In this document: piece by piece, positions 63,943 through 64,000 of the stretch
How the letters are laid out: each line of letters begins with the position of its first letter
Numbering within the stretch: the first letter of the stretch is position 1
Assembly: GCF_006345805.1 (NCBI RefSeq)
Contig: NW_021829853.1
Location: 208,831 to 272,830 of the forward strand
Direction of reading: 5' to 3'
Origin: Octopus sinensis
Lineage: Eukaryota
DNA length: 64,000 nucleotides
Notes under the pieces: generated by a model
What the model saw: the letters and a program-made list of their open reading frames with translations, nothing else
Database searches by the model: none
Told to the model about the DNA's origin: nothing
Translations under genes and position numbers: made by a program

Positions 63943-64000
63943 CCTTAAATCCTTAAAAATGTTTTAGCCCGAAGGCCGCGGCCATGCTGGGGCACCACCG

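Overview
AT-rich, repeat-dense eukaryotic DNA. The repeat repertoire and microsatellite load suggest an octopus or other coleoid cephalopod (inference, not tested). The window appears to be mostly intronic sequence of one + strand gene. Four well-supported exons (937-1007, 3945-4006, 22604-22797, 30437-30633) join in frame into a protein with a degenerate EF-hand followed by a Ser-rich region with DPF motifs. A few weaker exon candidates and a possible internal TATA+Inr promoter near 63.3 kb follow. The introns hold a young, 5'-truncated RTE-clade LINE with an 11-bp TSD (46693-49666), older RTE and CR1 fragments, and about 30 copies of an RTE 3'-UTR repeat. They also hold several tRNA-derived SINE families, mariner-, piggyBac- and hAT-type non-autonomous elements, an old ~82-bp minisatellite and many microsatellites. 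The most notable signal is a tRNA-headed SINE carrying a minimal hammerhead ribozyme (intact copy 15864-15909, - strand). At three loci it occurs as inverted, tails-outward pairs, a structure typical of Penelope-like element insertion. A second, unrelated palindromic family has a hammerhead-like core (27605-27649). No CRISPR array, rRNA or bona fide tRNA gene was found. Most entries in the ORF track are translations of repeats. Repeat boundaries are read by eye and are approximate unless a TSD or splice site fixes them.
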